NCBI RefSeq assembly: GCF_001457615.1
Contig: NZ_LN831024.1
Location: forward strand, 2,640,001-2,672,000
Direction: 5' to 3'
DNA length: 32,000 bases
Origin: Pseudomonas aeruginosa
GTDB taxonomy: Bacteria; Pseudomonadota; Gammaproteobacteria; Pseudomonadales; Pseudomonadaceae
The position numbers and the translations under genes are program-made. The notes below the pieces were generated by a model. The model made no database searches. It was not told the origin of the DNA and saw only the letters and a list, made by a program, of their open reading frames with translations. Below are positions 29,975 to 32,000 of this stretch, piece after piece (the stretch's first letter is position 1; every line of letters starts with the position of its first letter).

Positions 29975-30193
29975 TCAGCCGTTGCCGTTCTTGCGCTCGG
30001 CGCATTTGCTGCGGTCGGTCTTCTGCGCTTGCGCTTCCAGTTGTTGCTTCTGCAGGCGCTTTTCGCGCAGTTCTTTCTGCGCGGCGCGGAATTCGGCGTT
30101 GTACTGCCAGGAGCGTTCGCTGCCGTCCTGGGCCTGGGCAGTGGCGGCGCCGGTCGCCAGCAGGGCGGCCAGCAGCATCGGGATGATCTTCAT
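29975..30193 (-). CDS. Hypothetical small secreted protein, 72 aa (51 aa after the predicted signal peptide)
   Basis: ATG 30193 is preceded by GAGAGG. Signal peptide MKIIPMLLAALLATGAATAQA. The mature part is highly charged and probably helical (REKRLQKQQLEAQAQK). Codon usage is Pseudomonas-like with G/C third positions. I recall a hypothetical gene at this position in PAO1, between catA and opdT. Confidence 0.7.
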   Translation of the reverse strand: MKIIPMLLAALLATGAATAQAQDGSERSWQYNAEFRAAQKELREKRLQKQQLEAQAQKTDRSKCAERKNGNG

Positions 30194-30518
30194 GGCAAAC
30201 CTCTCGGGTTGGCTCGTCGCCGGGGCGAGGTATTCGTCCCGTTTGAGCAAAGAGTAAGAGCGGACGGATTACCCGAGGGTGAGTGGAAAATTACGTTTCC
30301 GATAACTTCGGCGATGCTCCGTTGCATGGCGGAGGAGTCTGCGCGAAGCGCATTAAGTGCGAGTTAAGATTGCGGAAAAGTAATCCCCGCCTCATGTCTG
30401 CGTCATTTCCCCGGTTCCAGAATCAGCCCCACGGTCAATGCCGGTTGCGGCAGGACTGCGCGGGGGCGCGATCGACCAGAAGTTCACGCACAGCCAGCGC
30501 CGCAAGGCATGGCCGCAG

Positions 30519-30526
30519 AAGAAAAA
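30519..30526 (+). promoter_or_regulatory. A-rich Hfq/Crc-type motif in the opdT translation-initiation region
   Basis: AAGAAAAA at 30519-30526. It lies 6 nt before ATG 30532 and 30 nt before ATG 30556. Confidence 0.35.
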
Positions 30527-30555
30527 CAGACATGAACCGATCTGGAGCAATCGCC

Positions 30556-31902
30556 ATGCAAGGGGATGGAAAGAAACGACTGTGGACGCTTCCACTGCTG
30601 CTGGGCGCCGGACTGATGGCCTCGGCCGTCGCCGAGGAGAACGCCGAGCGGAGCAAGGAAGGTTTCATCGAGGGCAGCGAGGTCAACCTGCTGCTGCGCA
30701 ACTTCTACTTCAACCGCGACTTCCGCAAGGGCCAATCGAGCCCGGCGGGCGGCGGCTACACCGAGGAGTGGGTGCAGGGCTTCATGGCCAACTTTTCCTC
30801 GGGCTTCACCCAGGGCACGCTGGGCGTCGGCATCGACGCCTTCGCCCAGCTCGGCGTGCGCCTGGACAGCGGCGGCGGGCGTTCCGGCGCCGGCGGTAGC
30901 GTCGACCTGCTGCCCTATGACGACCAGGGGCGGCCGCAGGACGACTATTCGCGAGCCGGCGGCGCGGTCAAGCTGCGCTGGTACGGCACCGTGCTGCGGG
31001 TCGGCGACGTGTTCCCGGAAACCCCGGTGATCCAGTACGGCAACAGCCGGCTGTTCCCCTCCAGCTTCCGTGGCTTCACCCTGGTCAACGACAGCCTGGC
31101 GAAGGGCCTGACCCTGCAGGCCGGCAAGCTGAACTCGATGACCCAGCCGAACAGCACCAGCGGCAGCGACGACTTCTACAGCTTCTACACCGGCCGGCGC
31201 ATCGACTCGCCGTGGGTCGCCTACGCCGGCGGCGACTACCAGGCCACCGAGCACTGGAGCGTCAGCCTCTACGGCAGCCGCCAGAAGGACGCCTGGGACC
31301 AGTACTACGCCGGCACCAGCTTCAACTATCCGCTGGACGACAAGCTGTCCCTGCTCGGCGGCGCCAACTACTACAAGGTCAAGGACCAGGGCAGGCAGGT
31401 GATGGGCGAACTCGACAACGACATCTGGAGCGTGCGCGGCGGCTTCGCCTACGGTCCGCACCAGGTGCTGCTGTCGTACCAGCGCAACAACGGCGACGAC
31501 GACTTCGACTACCTGCGCCAGACCGACTCCATCTACCTGGACAACTCGATCCAGTACAGCGACTTCAACTCGCCCAAGGAACGCTCGCTGATGCTCCGCT
31601 ACGACCTCGACATGGCCGCCTTCGGCGTGCCGGGGCTGAGCTTCATGACCCGCTATGGCAAGGGCTGGGACGCCGATTATTCGAATGCCAACAGCGTCTA
31701 CATGCGCACCGACGCCAACGGCAACCCGCTGACCAACCAGGGCCGCTGGGAACGCGACGTGGAGGTCAAGTACGTGGTGCAGGGTGGCGCGGCCAAGGAC
31801 CTGGCGTTCCGCGTGCGCCAGGCCACCGTGCGCTCCGACAGCTTCGAGTCGGACCTCGACGAAGTCCGCCTGATCGTCGAATACCCGCTGCAAGTCCTCT
31901 GA
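30556..31902 (+). CDS. opdT: OprD-family substrate-specific porin OpdT (tyrosine porin in PAO1 naming), 448 aa. The alternative start at 30532 gives 456 aa.
   Basis: GGAG at 30544-30547 precedes ATG 30556. Signal peptide (KKRLWTLPLLLGAGLMASAVA) and OprD-family signature EGSEVNLLLRNFYFNRDFRKG. The track start at 30283 is an unsupported extension. Confidence 0.9.
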   Translation: MQGDGKKRLWTLPLLLGAGLMASAVAEENAERSKEGFIEGSEVNLLLRNFYFNRDFRKGQSSPAGGGYTEEWVQGFMANFSSGFTQGTLGVGIDAFAQLGVRLDSGGGRSGAGGSVDLLPYDDQGRPQDDYSRAGGAVKLRWYGTVLRVGDVFPETPVIQYGNSRLFPSSFRGFTLVNDSLAKGLTLQAGKLNSMTQPNSTSGSDDFYSFYTGRRIDSPWVAYAGGDYQATEHWSVSLYGSRQKDAWDQYYAGTSFNYPLDDKLSLLGGANYYKVKDQGRQVMGELDNDIWSVRGGFAYGPHQVLLSYQRNNGDDDFDYLRQTDSIYLDNSIQYSDFNSPKERSLMLRYDLDMAAFGVPGLSFMTRYGKGWDADYSNANSVYMRTDANGNPLTNQGRWERDVEVKYVVQGGAAKDLAFRVRQATVRSDSFESDLDEVRLIVEYPLQVL

Positions 31903-31910
31903 AGGCGCGC

Positions 31911-31932
31911 CGCCGCCCCGTCCGGGGCGGCG
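31911..31932 (+). terminator. Terminator-like GC hairpin after opdT
   Basis: CGCCGCCCC (31911-31919), loop GTCC, GGGGCGGCG (31924-31932). It starts 9 nt after the stop codon. The trailing tract CTCTG is a poor U-run. Confidence 0.45.
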
Positions 31933-32000
31933 CTCTGCGACAGCCCGTTGCTGGCGGCTGCGCGGCGGCGCTGCTACTTTCCTCTGGGTAGGCGGGCCGA

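Noticed and set aside
30327-30342. Sigma-54-like TGGC...TGC element upstream of opdT.
   Set aside because: The GG-to-GC spacing is one base too long relative to TGGCAC-N5-TTGC, and the flanking bases do not match the consensus.
29921-30367. 148-aa plus-strand ORF antisense to the small secreted protein gene.
   Set aside because: The minus-strand frame has a Shine-Dalgarno, a Sec signal peptide, native codon bias and a dedicated terminator. The plus-strand frame has none of these.

Overview
High-GC window that I recognise, from gene order and the translated proteins, as a Pseudomonas aeruginosa core-chromosome segment. It matches the PAO1 PA2528 to PA2505 region read in reverse numbering. That assignment is from memory, not from a search.

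Contents in order:
- 3' end of muxA, then muxB-muxC-opmB (RND multidrug efflux with two RND subunits).
- An unassigned small two-TM ORF.
- czcS-czcR (minus strand), divergent from czcCBA (Zn/Cd/Co RND efflux).
- xylS(benR) and xylXYZL(benABCD) (benzoate to catechol).
- antCBA (minus strand, anthranilate dioxygenase) and antR.
- catR (minus strand), divergent from catBCA (catechol ortho-cleavage).
- A small secreted protein (minus strand).
- The OprD-family porin opdT.

Six gene junctions use ATGA start/stop overlaps: muxA/B, muxB/C, muxC/opmB, czcR/S, xylX/Y and antA/B.

I saw no rRNA, tRNA, CRISPR array, transposase or integrase, and no terminal inverted repeats. The many very long extra ORFs in the track are off-frame or antisense artefacts of roughly 66-70% GC DNA.

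I do not see a convincing wholly new multi-gene system. The items most likely to be undescribed are:
- The 77-84 codon membrane ORF between opmB and czcS.
- The anomalously AT-rich, motif-dense czcR-czcC spacer.
- The small secreted protein next to opdT.
- A set of regulatory motifs readable directly from the sequence: tandem XylS/BenR boxes, a CatR box, Hfq/Crc A-rich motifs and palindromes in the antA-antR spacer.
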